DNA of 64,000 bases, taken from contig NC_086097.1 in NCBI RefSeq assembly GCF_963921235.1, positions 93,374,001-93,438,000 on the forward strand. The letters run 5' to 3'. Position 1 is the stretch's first letter, and every line of letters starts with the position of its first letter. Below the pieces are notes generated by a model. That model did not search any database, was not told the DNA's origin, and saw nothing but the letters and a program-made list of their open reading frames with translations. A program made the position numbers and the translations under genes. Source of the DNA: Mobula hypostoma. Taxonomy: Eukaryota. Positions 51,336-63,494 of this stretch are shown piece by piece.

Positions 51336-52281
51336 TAACATTCTAGTAAATCTTCTCTGTACTCTCTCAATTTTGTTGACAGCTTTCCTATAATTTGGTG
51401 ACCAGAACTGTACACAATACTCCAAATTTGGCCTTACCAATGCTTGTACAATTTCAACATTACATCCCAACTCCTGTACTCAATGCTCTGATTTATAACG
51501 GCCAGCATACCAAAAGCTTTCTTCACCACCCTATCCACATGAGCTTCCACCTTCAGGGAACTATGCACCATTATTCCTAGATCCCTCTGTTCTACTGCAT
51601 TCTTCAATGCCCTACCATTTACCATGTATGTCCTATTTTGATTAGTCCTACCAAAATGTAGCACGTCACATTTATCAGTATTAAACTCCATCTGCCATCT
51701 TTCAGCCCATTCTTCTAACTGACCTAAATCTCTCTGCAAGCTTTGAAAACCTACTTCATTATCCACAACTCCGCCTATCTTAGTATCATCTGCATAATTA
51801 CTAATCCAATTTACCACCCCATCATCCAGATCATTAATATTTGTGACAAACAACATTGGACCCAGTACAGATTCCTGAGGCACACTGCTACACACCATCC
51901 TCCAATTTGACACACAGTTATCCACCACTACTCTCTGGTGTCTCCCATCCAGCCACTGCTGAATCCATTTTACTACTTCAATATTAATACCGAACGATTG
52001 AATCTTCCTAACTAACCTTCCATGTGGAACCTTATCAAAGGCCTTACTGAAGTCCATATAGACAACATCCACCGCTTTACCCTCGTCAACTTTCCTAGTA
52101 ACCTCTTCAAAAATTCCATAAGATTTGTCAAACATGACCTTCCACGCACAAATCCATGTTGACTGTTCCTAATCAGACCCTGTCTATCCAGATCAGACTG
52201 TCTTTATTTATGGGTTCTTTTTGGGTTTCTTTATTTTGTGGCTGCCTGTTAGGAGAGAATCTCAAAATTGTATAATGTATA

Positions 52282-54041
52282 CAGTTGCAAGAAAAAGTTT
52301 GAGAACTCTTTGCAATTACCTGGTTTTCTGCATTAATTAGTCATAAATTGTGGTCTGATCACAATAATAGACAGAACACAATCTGTATAAACTAATAACG
52401 TACAAACACTTGTAGTTTTCATATTTTCATTGAACGTATTGTTTGATCATTCACAGTCCAGGCTGGAAAACGTATGTGAACCCTTGTATATAATAATTGG
52501 TAGAACCTCCTTTAGCAGCAATAATGGCTGAACAGCGAGGAGGAATTTTAGAACATTCCTCCATACAGAACTGTTTCAGTTCATCAATATTTCTAGGATA
52601 CCTTGCATGAACAGCCTTCTTTGAGTCATGCCTCAGCATCTCAATTGGGTTAAGGTCTAGTTTCCGACTTGGCCATTCCAAAACACAAATTTTCTTCTTG
52701 TTAAGCCATTCTGTTGTTGATTTACTCTTGTCTTTTGGATCATTGTCTTGTTACATTATCCAGCTTCTGTAAAGCTTCAGATGATGGACTGCTACCCTGA
52801 CATTATCCTGTAAAATCTCTTGATACAATTTTGATTTCATTGGCCCCTCAGCGATTGGCAAGCTGTCCAGGCCCTGAGGCAGCAAAGCAACACCAAACCA
52901 TGATGCTTCTTCCGCCATGCTTCATAGTTGGGATGAGGTCTTGGTGTTGGTGTGCAGTGCCCTTTTTTCTCCAAACACAGCAATGTGCATTTCTGCCAAA
53001 ACGTTCAACTTTTGTCTTGAATCTGTCCATAGAACATTTTCCCAGAAGTGTTGTAGAACATCCAGGTGGCCTTCTGCAAACTTGAGACGTGCAGCAATGT
53101 TTTTTTTTGGAGAGCAGTGGTTTCTACCGTGATGTCCTTCTGTGTCATTCTTGTTCAGTGGACGCATGAACAGAGCAAGTTCTAGAGCTTTTTGCAGGTC
53201 GTTTGCTGTTACTGTTGGGTTGTTTTTCATCTCTCTCAGTATTGCATATTGTCCTCTTGGTGTGATATTTGCAGGACACCCACTCCCAGGGAGATTAACA
53301 ACAGTACTGAATTTCCTCTTACTGATGAATGCTCAGGGTTTCCAGCTTCATGCATCTCTACAATTGTTCTTCTATGATCATCTGGAAAATGTTTTGATTG
53401 AGACATTGTGCACATAAATGGATCTTTCTTGAGAAGAACAGACTCTGTCACTAACCTGACTTTGTCTCATTTATTTATTCATTCATTTACTGGTATAAAG
53501 CAAGGAGAAGCCTCTTCAGGCCCTTTGAGCCATGCTGCCCGGCAATCCCAAAATTTTAATTCTCGCCTAATCATGGGACAAGTTACCAGGACCAATGAAC
53601 CTACCAGTCAGTTCATCTGCTGGAATGTGGAAGGAAACCGGGGCACCTGGAGGAAACCACGTGGTCATGGGGAGATCGCACAAGCACCTTGCAGGCTGCA
53701 GCGGGAATTAAACCTGCGTCACTATACTGTAAAGCATTGTGCTAACCACTACGCTACCGTGCTGCCTCAGGCAGAGCCCTTCTACAACCCACACCTCCAA
53801 TCTAGACTCATTGATTGGAACACCTGACTTCAAATAGCTTTTGTAGAAAGCATTACCCCAGAGGTTCACATACTTATTTTTGAACCTAGACTGTGATTGT
53901 TTAAATAGTGTGCTCAGTGTTGATGAGAAGTACAATTGTTTATTATCATGACTTAGGTGAAGAACAGACCATGTTTTTATGAGTAATTAATGCAGAAAAC
54001 CAGGTAATTACAAAGGGTTCTCAAACTTTCTCTTCCAAATG
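52282..54041 (-). mobile_element. Tc1-like DNA transposon with degraded transposase
   Basis: Long imperfect TIRs (cagttgcaagaaaaagtttgagaac.ctttg.aattacctggttttctgcattaatta...), TA on both sides; VLWTD, KHGGRSIMVWCCF and WPSRKLDLNPIE motifs on the minus strand. Confidence 0.92.
53468..53765 (-). mobile_element. V-SINE (HE1-like) inserted in the Tc1
   Basis: Reverse strand head ggcagcacggtagcgtagtggttagcac...ggtttaattcccgc; V-domain gtggtttcctccaggtgcccggtttccttccacattcc; (tgaa/taaa)n tail. Confidence 0.8.
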
Positions 54042-54075
54042 TACATACTTTGATAATAAATGTACTTTGAACTTT

Positions 54076-57010
54076 GTGCAGTGTAATACATAGAATATAC
54101 TATACATTAAAATAAGATAGATAGATAAATAGGTAGTGCAAAAGAGCAAAATTGTGAAGTAGTGTTCATGGGTTAATTGTCCATTCAGAGTCTGATGGCA
54201 GAGGAGAAGAAGGGGTTCTGAAAGCATTGAGTGTGTTTCTTCAAGCTCCAGTATGATCCCTCTGGCAGTAATGAGAAAGCGCATGTGGTGGTGGAGTATC
54301 CTTAACGATAGATGCTGCCTTTTTGAGTCATCACCTTTTGAAGATATCCTCGATGGTGGAGAGGCTAGTGCCCGTAATAGAGTCAGCTGAGTTTAAAACC
54401 CACTGCAGCTTTTTCCAATCCTGTGCTATGATACTTCCATATCAGTGATGCTACCAGTGCTCTACGGCAGGGGTCCCCAACCCTTTTTTGCACTGTGGAC
54501 CAGTTTAATATTTACAAAATTCTTGTGGGCCGACCGGTGGGGGGGGGGGGGTGGGGGAAGGGTGTTCGAGTAGGGTTAAGCTCACCTCAACATGTCTTTT
54601 ACAGTTAGGGTTGCCAACATTCTCACTCCTAAATAAGGGACAAAAGTAGCAGTCAAATCCCAGGACACCTTACCCCAGGAAAGACTACCATGACCATGAA
54701 GCCTTGCACAGGCACCTGTGTGCAGATGCGTGACGTGGGCATGTGATGTGCACATGCGAGTACGTGCCAATTTATCCCCCCACAAATTGGTTTCGCCTTC
54801 ATCTTCCCAACTACATTGTACATATATTATTTCTACTTTACATAGGATGTGTATTTATCATATCATTGCTGATTTTACTATATGTTAGTGTTATTTTAGG
54901 TTTTATGTGTTATTTGGTATGATTTGGTAGGTTATTTTTTGGGTCTGGGAACACTCAAAAATTTTTTCCAATATAAATTAATGGTAATTGCTCTTCGCTT
55001 CACGCCATTTCGGCACGAAATATTTCATAGGAGCGCTGTACCTTAGCAGGGGAAGTACGGGACAAACCAATTTAGCCCAATATACGGGATGTCCCGGCAA
55101 ATACGGGACAGTTGGCAACCCTGTGTTCAAGTTCAACAGTGCGTGACAGGGAATGAGGGAAGGTACAGCTGACTCATATTGTTTCCTCACGGCCCGGTAG
55201 CACATGCTTTGCGGCCCGGTACCGGTCCGCGGCCCGGTGGTTGAGGACCGCTGCTCTACAGTGCATCTGTAGAAAGTTGCTGGAGTCTTTGACTTGCCAA
55301 ATTTCCTCAAACTCCTAATGAAATACAGCCACTAACATGCCTTCCTCGTAATTGCATCAATATGTTGGGCGCAGGAAAATTTTTCAGAGATACTGACACC
55401 TAGGAACTTGAACCTGCTCATCTTTTACACTGCTGACCCTTTGATGGGGACTGGTGTGTGTGTGTTCTCTTGACTTCCTCTTCATGAAGCCCATACTCAA
55501 TCCTTGATCTTACTGACATTGAGTGAAAGGTTGTTCTTGAGGCAGCACTCAACCAGCCAATCTGTTTCACTCCTGTATGCCTGTTTGTTGCCATCTGAGA
55601 TTCTGCTGACAACAGTTACGTCATAAGTAAATTTATAGATGGCTTTGAGATGTGCCCAGCTACACAGTTTGTAGAGAGTAGAGCAGCGGGTGTACCTGTG
55701 TTGATTGTCAGTGAGGAAGCGATGTTACTTTCAATCCACATGTACTGCGTTCTCCTGCTAAAGAAGTCATAGATCCATTTGCAGAGGGAAGTAAACACGT
55801 TCAGGTTTTGACATTTGTTGATTAGTACTGAGGGGGTGATGGTATTGAACACAAAGTTAGCAGCCGATGTAGGTATCATTGTTGTCCAGATGGTCGAAGG
55901 CCAAGTGGATAAGCCAGTGAGATTGCATCTGCTGTGGACCTATTGTAGCAATAGGCAAATTGTAGTGGGTCGAAGTCCTTGATGAGGTAGGAGTTAATTT
56001 GAGCCACAATCAACTTCTCAAAGCTCTTTATCACAGTAGATGTGAGTGCAATTGGGTGACAGTCACTGAAGCAGCTCACCCTGCTCCTCTTGGGCACCTT
56101 GGTATGATTGATGTCATTTTGAAGCAATTGAGAATCTCTTGACTGCAGCACTGAGAGATTGAAGATGTCCTTGAACACTCCTGCCAGTTGGTTGGTACAG
56201 GTTTTCAGTGCCTTAACAGGTACACCATCAGGGCCTGACATCAGCTCTGACAAAGATATTGCAGGGTTACCAGATGGTGCAGGGATTCATACAGGCGTAA
56301 TTTTATTTTCCCTTTCAAAGCATGCATAAAAGGTGTTGAGCTCAACTGGGAGTGAAGTATGGCAGTCATTTATGTTAGGTTTCACCTTGTTGGAAGTGAC
56401 GGCCTGCTTACCCTGCCATAGCTGATATGCATCTGATTCTGTTTCTAACTTCGCTTGGAATTGTTTTTTGTTTGCCCTTAAGATTGCCTTTCTTAGGTCA
56501 CACCTGGACTTCTTGCAGAGTTCTGGAATGCCCTAGATCTAGCCCTCAGCAGATTGCAAATCTCATGGTTCATGCATGGCTTCTGGTTTGGGTATGTCCG
56601 GTATGTTCTCTAAGGCACATACTGAACCATACAGGTCTTGATGAAGTCAGTGACAACTGTGACATATGTTCCCTGAATATTGTCCAATCTACAGATTCAA
56701 AGCAGTCTTGTAAATGCTGTCCACTTCCTTTGACCCATACTTTCATGGTCCTCAATATCTGCCTTTCGCCTGGAGTAGAAGTAGTCAGGTGATCAGACTT
56801 GCCAAATTGCAGGCGTAGAATAACACAGTAAGCGTTCTTGATAGTGGTGTAACAGGTGATATGTTGGTGGTAGATGATCAGAGACTTCCTAAAACTGGCT
56901 TGGTTGAAGTCCAGTGCAGTAATCTGGGAGGCATCAGGGTGCACTGTCTCACGACTGCTAATCACGGTGTTCAGCTCCTCCAGTGCCTGCCTGATGTTAG
57001 CCAAAGGCAA
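54076..57010 (-). mobile_element. Rex1/Babar-like LINE (its 3' tip lies at about 49397-49460)
   Basis: ALDFNQA, FGKSDH, LQDCFESVDW, GPDGVP and [17 protein letters not shown] motifs. Confidence 0.85.
54468..55253. mobile_element. hAT-Charlie-like MITE containing a second hAT-like MITE (54571-55123)
   Basis: Outer termini caggggtccccaacc / ggttgaggaccgctg with TSD ctctacgg/ctctacag. Inner termini tagggtt / gttggcaaccctg with TSD tgttcgag/tgttcaag. Confidence 0.8.
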
Positions 57011-57180
57011 ACAGGATTATGGCAGAAAGCTCCCTTGGCAGATAAAATGGATGATATTTGGCTGCTAGATGCTCCAGTTGGGAAGAGCAGGACTGACTCA
57101 AAACTGCCACATCTGTGCACCACGATGAGTTAATCATGAAGTAGTGTCACCAACAATCTATGTAGTAAACTGCATGTCAT

Positions 57181-57649
57181 CGTTCTCTGGCTATCCATCC
57201 CACAGGATGATGATGGTTCTTTTCAGTCAGTTAGTGGGGTACCCCACTCCTCAGAAAGGAACAGCGTGTGCGTGAGTGGATTTTAGGTGAGTAGGGGGTT
57301 GCACAGGTCCAGACCCACCCTCTCGACATCCCCTCCCGGATCCAGCAGCATGGTGGGGTCCAAGACAGCTGAGAGAAGTTCTGTTGCAGTGAATGACCAG
57401 ACCAAGCTTCGATGCAAGGGATGCCCTTTCCGCGCTTCACGGCACATGTTTGTTAGATGGCCATTGACCCTACAAGAGGGTTTATCTGCCCTTTGACAGG
57501 TCTTGTTTTTCGTCCTGCGGGGTGTCTAGCCACCCTCCTCACCAGGCAAGCCTGGTGGGAGAGCCGGTTTAGTCGCCGACCACCCGACCGTGCGACAGGT
57601 AGTACTGGGTTACATGGTACCAGTGGCACTCAGATGAGTGACCTGACAT
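57181..57649 (-). mobile_element. Non-autonomous retroposon (possibly RTE-derived) with structured 5' end
   Basis: GC-rich 470-bp block flanked by a degenerate 13-bp direct repeat aactgcatgtcat / aattgcacatcat; no tRNA A/B boxes and no convincing ORF. Orientation and clade are inferred. Confidence 0.55.
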
Positions 57650-57779
57650 AATTGCACATCATAGACTGCTGCCAACAACAGCAAATAGTCAATGGAAATG
57701 GAAGATTTACATCATGGAGTCTGATTGGATATGATCTATTACCCAAAGGATGGATCCAGCCAAGGAGCATACGAATATC

Positions 57780-60072
57780 TCAGCTGTTACGATGATGAGA
57801 CAGAGTACAGCAAGGAAGCGGAGCAGCTGGTGGATTGGTGTGAGAAGAACAACCTAAGTCTGAACCTGGAGAAGACAAAGGAATTCATTGTGGGCTTCAG
57901 GAAGAGTAGATGTACTACGTAATTCCCCTTGACGAATACATGGCTCTTCTGTAGAGAGAATTAAGTGCACCAAGTTACCGGGAGTTCACATCATGGATGA
58001 CCTCACCTGGTCCCTTATATTCACCTCCCTCAACAAGAAGGCACAGCAATGGCTCCACTTCCTAAGAAGATTGAGACAAGCAAAATTTCCCCCTGCCATG
58101 TTAACTATGTTTTACTGGAGCACCATTGAGAGTTTCTTGACGGGTTGCATCGCCATCTGGCATGGGAGCAGTTGAGCATCGGACTAAAAGTCCCTACAAA
58201 GGACAGTGAGAATGAGAATCAGGTTTATTATCACGGGCATGTGACGCGAAATTTGTTAACTTAGCAGCAGCAGTTCAATGCAATACATTATATAGAAGAG
58301 AAGAAAAAAATGAATCAATCAATCACAGTATACGTATATTGAATAGATTAAACATGAAAAAATCAAAAATACTGTATATTTTTAAAAAAAGAGGTAGTGT
58401 CCAAGGATTCAATGTCCATTTAGGAATCAGATGGCAGAGGGAAAGAAGCTGTTCCTGAATCGCTGAGTGTGTGCCTTCAGGCTTCTGTACCTCCTACCTG
58501 ATGGTAACAGTGAGAAAAGGGCATGCCCTGGGTGCTGGAGGTCCTTAATAATGGACACTGCTCCCTGAAGTTGTCCTGGGTACTTTATAGGCTAGTACCC
58601 CCAGGATGGAACTGACTAGATTTATAACCCTCTGCAGCTTCTTGCAGTCCAGTGCAGTAGCCACCCCCCCACCCCCCACCCGGTTGTTGTTGTGGCAGCA
58701 CTCCATATCTCACTCCTGTACACCGTCTCCTCACCACCTGAGATTCTACAACAATGGTTGTATCTTCAGCAAATTTATAGGTGGTATTTTAGCTATGCCT
58801 AGTCATGTGTATATAGAGAGTAGAGCAGTGGACTAAGCATATACCCCTGAGATGCACCAGTGTTGATTATCAGCAGGGAGGATATGTTATCACCAACCTG
58901 CACAGATTGTGGTTTTCCGGTTAGGAAGTTGAGGATCCAATTGCAGAGGGAGATACAGAGGCCCAGGTTCTGCAACTTCTGAATCAGGATTGTGGGAATG
59001 ATGGTATAAAATGCTGAGCTCAAGTTGATAAACAGCATCCTGACATAGGTGCCTGTGTTGTCCAGGTGGTCTAAAGCCGTGTGGAGAGCCATTGAGATTG
59101 CATCTGCCGTTGACCTATTGTGGCGATAGGTGAATTGCAATGGGTCCAGGTCCTTGCTGAGGCAGAAGTTCAGTCTAGTCATGACCAACCTCTCAAAGCA
59201 TTTCATCCCTGTCAATGTGAGTGCTACCAGGCGATAGTCATTTAGGCAGCTCATGTTATTCTTGGGCACTGGTATAATTGTTGCCTTTTTGAAGCAAGTG
59301 GGAACTTCCACCCGTAGCAGTGAGAGGTTGAAAATGTCCTTGAACAATCCTGCTAGTTGGTTGGCACAGGTTTCAGAGCCTTACCAGGTACTCCATCTGG
59401 ACCTTCCACCTTACGAGAGTTCACTCTCTTTAAAGACAGCCGAACATCGGACTCTGAGTCAGAGATCACGGGGTCATCAGATGCAGCAGGGATCTTCACA
59501 GCTGTAGTTGTGTTCTCCCTTTCAAAGCGGGCATAGAAGACGCTGGGTTCATCTGGTCGTGAAGCATCGCTTCCATTGGGTTTCGCTTTGTAGGAAGTAA
59601 TGTCATATGGGTCTTCCTAGCATCCATTGGGGATAATTATTAGGAGCACTGTGTACACAGGGCCCTTTAGTATTATTAAGGATCCCACCCATCCATTCAG
59701 CATCCTCTTTTTGATTTTCTACCATCTAACAGCAGACACCAATGCATAAAAACAAGAATGGTCAGGATGGGAAACAATTTCCTCCCACAGGCCGTTAGGC
59801 TTCTGAATTCCCTGACGCATCGCCTTCGAATGTCACTGGTTGATCTGTTCCTTATGAGATTTAATTTATGCACTTTAGTTTGTTATGTATGTGTAATTCA
59901 TCTGTAGATTTTATCTTTACCTTCATAAGTTATTGTGTGTTATGTGTACCACTGTGCTTTACACCCTGATTCAGGGAAACATTGTCTCATTTCTTTATAT
60001 TATATGGTCAGATATGTTATAGACACGTATGTAGTTAAATGACAATAAAGTTGACTTGATTTTGACTTGACT
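57780..60072 (+). mobile_element. Rex-like LINE 3' part, interrupted by an opposite-strand Rex copy
   Basis: WCEKNNLSLNLEKTKE and KKAQQWLHFLRRLR; resumes at about 59606 and ends aataaagttgacttgattttgacttgac. Confidence 0.75.
58213..59605 (-). mobile_element. Rex1/Babar-like LINE, 5'-truncated
   Basis: FKDIFNLSL...[23 protein letters not shown]...[19 protein letters not shown]. Confidence 0.88.
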
Positions 60073-60380
60073 GTAGATAGGAAATTGATTAATTTTCATT
60101 CCCTGCTAGAAACTTCTTTAACTATCAGGATTCATCATTATATAGTGCTGATAATTTACTACTTTGAGTTGAGAGGTGGAGTTCTTCTGAATGAGATTGT
60201 GAGATTGTATCATTGATATAGAGAGATTGTGAGGTGCTATTGAAACTTTATTTGATATATGTTTTTGTTTGTGTTTTACAGGGTGGTATCTTATGGGCCT
60301 CTCTTGACGACAGTTTTGGATATCTCATACTCGTTTTCGGTCTCTCACTTTTTCTCTTTGATTTTTAACTTTAAAAGAAC

Positions 60381-61489
60381 ATGGAGAAACAGCAGCCAGA
60401 ACACACAGAACAAGAGAGCAATGCCCCAGCAAACTCTGGCACACCTGCTGCATACTTTGTCCTTGTTAAGAAGGCTGGTGGCAGCAGTGGTACTGAACAC
60501 AGCATGGTCGTGGCAAAGCAAGAACTTGGGGGTATCGGTTGCCTTCTGGAAAAAAGTAACAGATTGATGCCAGGGACAGCCAGTCATCCATTTGAGTGCC
60601 ATTCTGGGAATGTTTGTGTCACTTTAGAGAACCAGGAAATGTGGAATCAATTTTACAAGCATGGCACAGAGATGGTTCTAACAAAACGTGGCCGGCGCAT
60701 GTTCCCCTACTGCAGATTCTGCATCTTGGGCCTAGATTCTTTGAAGAATTACATCTTGGTAATGGATATTGCTCCCGTTGACAACCAGCGCTACAAATGG
60801 AATGGTCAGTGTTGGGAATTAAATGGTAAAGCAGAACCTCATGTTCTTGGAAGGGTGTACATTCATCCCAATTCACCTTCCAGTGGGAGCTACTGGATGA
60901 GGCAACCCATAACCTTTCATAAATTGAAACTTACCAATAATACTTTAGATCAAGAAGGTCACATCATCCTTCATTCCATGCACCGGTACCTGCCACGTTT
61001 GCATATCATCTCTGCTGACAAGTCAACTGATGTAATTTCCCTCAGTGGCCCAAATGTGCACACCTTCACTTTTCCACAGACAGAGTTTGTGGCTGTAACT
61101 GCTTATCAGAACATAAAGATCACTCAGTTGAAAATAGACTTCAATCCATTTGCAAAGGGTTTTCGGGATGAAGGGCTGAAAAGTAAGCCAACGCGAGAGC
61201 TGAGGCACCAAGGCAGTGAATCGATGGATACTGGTTGCAGTGATGATTCTGCCTCATGCAGCAGTGTTGCAACTGAATCCAGTGACCATTTAAGATTTAA
61301 AACTGAAGAAGAGTCTCAAATGGAGACTGAACACAGAGAAAAGCAAGGTAATACCCATAAATTTCCAAACTCCAGTTTGGATGGAGGTTTATCTAACACT
61401 GAAGATGAAGATTTCCTGGAAGAAGACGTACCAAAAATAAACAATCCTTGTGGAGAACAAAGAAACATGAAGAAGAGGTCAACTGAGAG
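60381..61489 (+). CDS. MGA: MGA (MAX gene-associated protein), first coding exon with complete T-box domain; gene continues beyond this exon
   Basis: The ORF encodes a full T-box ([31 protein letters not shown]...[28 protein letters not shown]...[33 protein letters not shown]). MGA-type features as I recall them: N-terminal MEKQQ...[28 protein letters not shown], and the whole T-box in one exon. Acceptor tttgtgttttacAG ends at 60281, ATG at 60381, donor GAG|GTAAGC with GT at 61490 (phase 2). Confidence 0.95.
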
Positions 61490-62259
61490 GTAAGCAAAGA
61501 ATTTTCAATAAAAGCAACAAATCTGCTTTACCCCCCTACTTTAATGTCAACATTTTCAAATTTGTCTACTCTGGCAACAAATTTATCTATATTGGTGACA
61601 ACAATATATCTTCAGAAAGCACTGGCTCAAAACGTCAACTGTCTATTCCCTCCATAGATTCTGTCTAGCATTTCCTCCAGCATTTTGTGTACGTTCTTCA
61701 AAAAACACTGGAGCATTTTGATAACATTGCTTTTCATATTCACTGAAGTTAGTAATGGCCCTTATCCCTCATATTTACTAAAATTAATAACGACAAATTC
61801 TGAAGAAATTCCGATTTGTTTTTCAAATTCTTTGGAAGATGCATCTCAGGTTAAATAGAGAGCTAAGGTTTTAAATGTACTACATGGTTTTCTAGTGTCA
61901 ACTATTCCCACTACAATAATATCATTTTCCACATGGACTTGAAATTATCTAGAAATTTGATCGATTTGCTTTTTTATTTGTAAACTGCACATAAAAAGAA
62001 CTTCAAACTTATTTGGAAGTGTATGTCTTCATTTCCCTGTTGTAATTCCTGCAAATGAGTACTACATCAGTATGTACAGCTCATTTTAATTACAAAGTGA
62101 ATATGTAAGGATGTTTGTGCAGGTGGATCTCAAACTTTCTCTCTGACAGAAGGCAGTCTGCGAGACTAGATATGCACATATCCTTATCTACTCACCTTGC
62201 ACTGGCGCACCGCACATGTGTGCTCTCCCTTCTCCTACTTTTGCTATACACTAATGACA

Positions 62260-63410
62260 GTGTCTGTTAAATTGATAAAAGTTTGCAGATGACACCACTG
62301 TCATCAGACTAATCACCAGAGGCACTGAATCCAAGTATCATCTGGAAGTTAACAAGCTAGTCTCCTAGTGCAATCACAACAGCTTAGAGCTAAATGCCCT
62401 CAATCGCAGAGACACATATCGACTTCAGGAGAAATATACCTCCTCTCCACCCGCTCATCATCAACAACTCAGTAGTTAGCACTGTCTTCATTCAGATACT
62501 TGGGCAGAACCTCGTGGGGGAATGATACCTCTTTCATTAACAAAAAGGCTTGGCAGTTGGTAAAATTCCGTCTTCCCCAGAAAATACTCTTGCAATTCTA
62601 CATTGGCATCATAGAGAACATCTTCACATCGGCCATTACTGTCTGGTTTGTTGCAGCATCCTTTCACAGTTTACAAAAACTACAATCAGGTCAGCTGAAA
62701 AGATCACTGGCTGTAATCTGCCATCACTGCAGAACATGTATGTGCCCAGAGCAAAGAAGTGGGTAGGAAAAATTATTGCTGATACTACCCACCTGACCCG
62801 GCTGGTGGCGTAGTAGCATCAGCGTCTGACTTCGGGACGAAAGGTCCCGAGTTTGAATTCAGCTGGCTCCCCTGCACGCTTTCCATCTGTGCTGGGTTAC
62901 GAGCTGGTAATCTCTTTGGAATCTCACCTGGCAGAAAGGCAATGGCAAAGCACTGCTGTAACTTGCCTTGTACGCTGTTCCCCACTATGTCAGAGAGGCG
63001 TGGAGGGAAATGGTCCGCTAACCGGAGAAACTGTATGCGACATATCTTTCCTTTGCTATCCACCTAGCAAATTGCCCTATCCAAAAGCTCCCTTTTGGAG
63101 AGCGCCATAGGGAGATTAAAACAAAAACTTCACACCATCTTAAAAGTTTCTTCTGTACTGCAGTGTAAATACTTTAAGCCACTTTTTATATTTATTTTTC
63201 CATCGTGAATACATGCTGGTATTTATGAACATTTTTATTCCATTTCTGTACTTGACCTCAAAGTTAATTTTTTTATACAATTTTTCTTATAATTGTTGAA
63301 TATTGTTGTTTTTGAGTGCATGTCACACCAACATACAGTACACCACAAATTCCTAATACATGTAAATTTTTATGGCGAATAAAGTTGATTTTTCAAAGAA
63401 CCTTGATCCT
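62260..63410 (+). mobile_element. Rex-like LINE fragment in MGA intron 2
   Basis: KFADDTTVIRLI, LELNA and LLQFYIGIIENIFTSAITVWF; tail aataaagttgatt...cttgatccttga. Confidence 0.7.
62796..63052 (+). mobile_element. tRNA-derived SINE
   Basis: A box tggcgtagtag, hairpin cgggac-gaaag-gtcccg and B-box-like gtttgaattc, then gcaatggcaaagcactgctg (RTE-type SINE body). Confidence 0.65.
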
Positions 63411-63494
63411 TGAAAAAGAAATCAAAAGTTTATCATTTACATATTAATAACATATTTCAAAAAATGAGTACGTCACACTGAAAGTAAGGAACCG

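Larger units (their letters stand above)
50097..52192 (-). mobile_element. Young CR1 LINE, 5'-truncated
   Basis: ORF 51434-52135 with DVVYMDFSKAFDKVPH, SVPQESVLGPMLF, YADDTK and WQMEFN; 3' tail at 50097. Confidence 0.9.
49475..54075 (+). mobile_element. Non-coding retroposon, family C (hosts the CR1 and Tc1 insertions)
   Basis: Starts ttaagatggc; segments at about 49475-50095, 52195-52281 and 54042-54075; ends aataaatgtactttgaacttt. Confidence 0.55.

Noticed and set aside
57500..57649. Twister ribozyme assignment for the structured element
   Set aside because: It lacks the conserved UAA cleavage loop and matching pseudoknot pairings.
61490..61493. Stop codon ending the T-box ORF at 370 aa
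   Set aside because: The TAA lies inside the GTAAGC splice donor; MGA is a much longer multi-exon protein.
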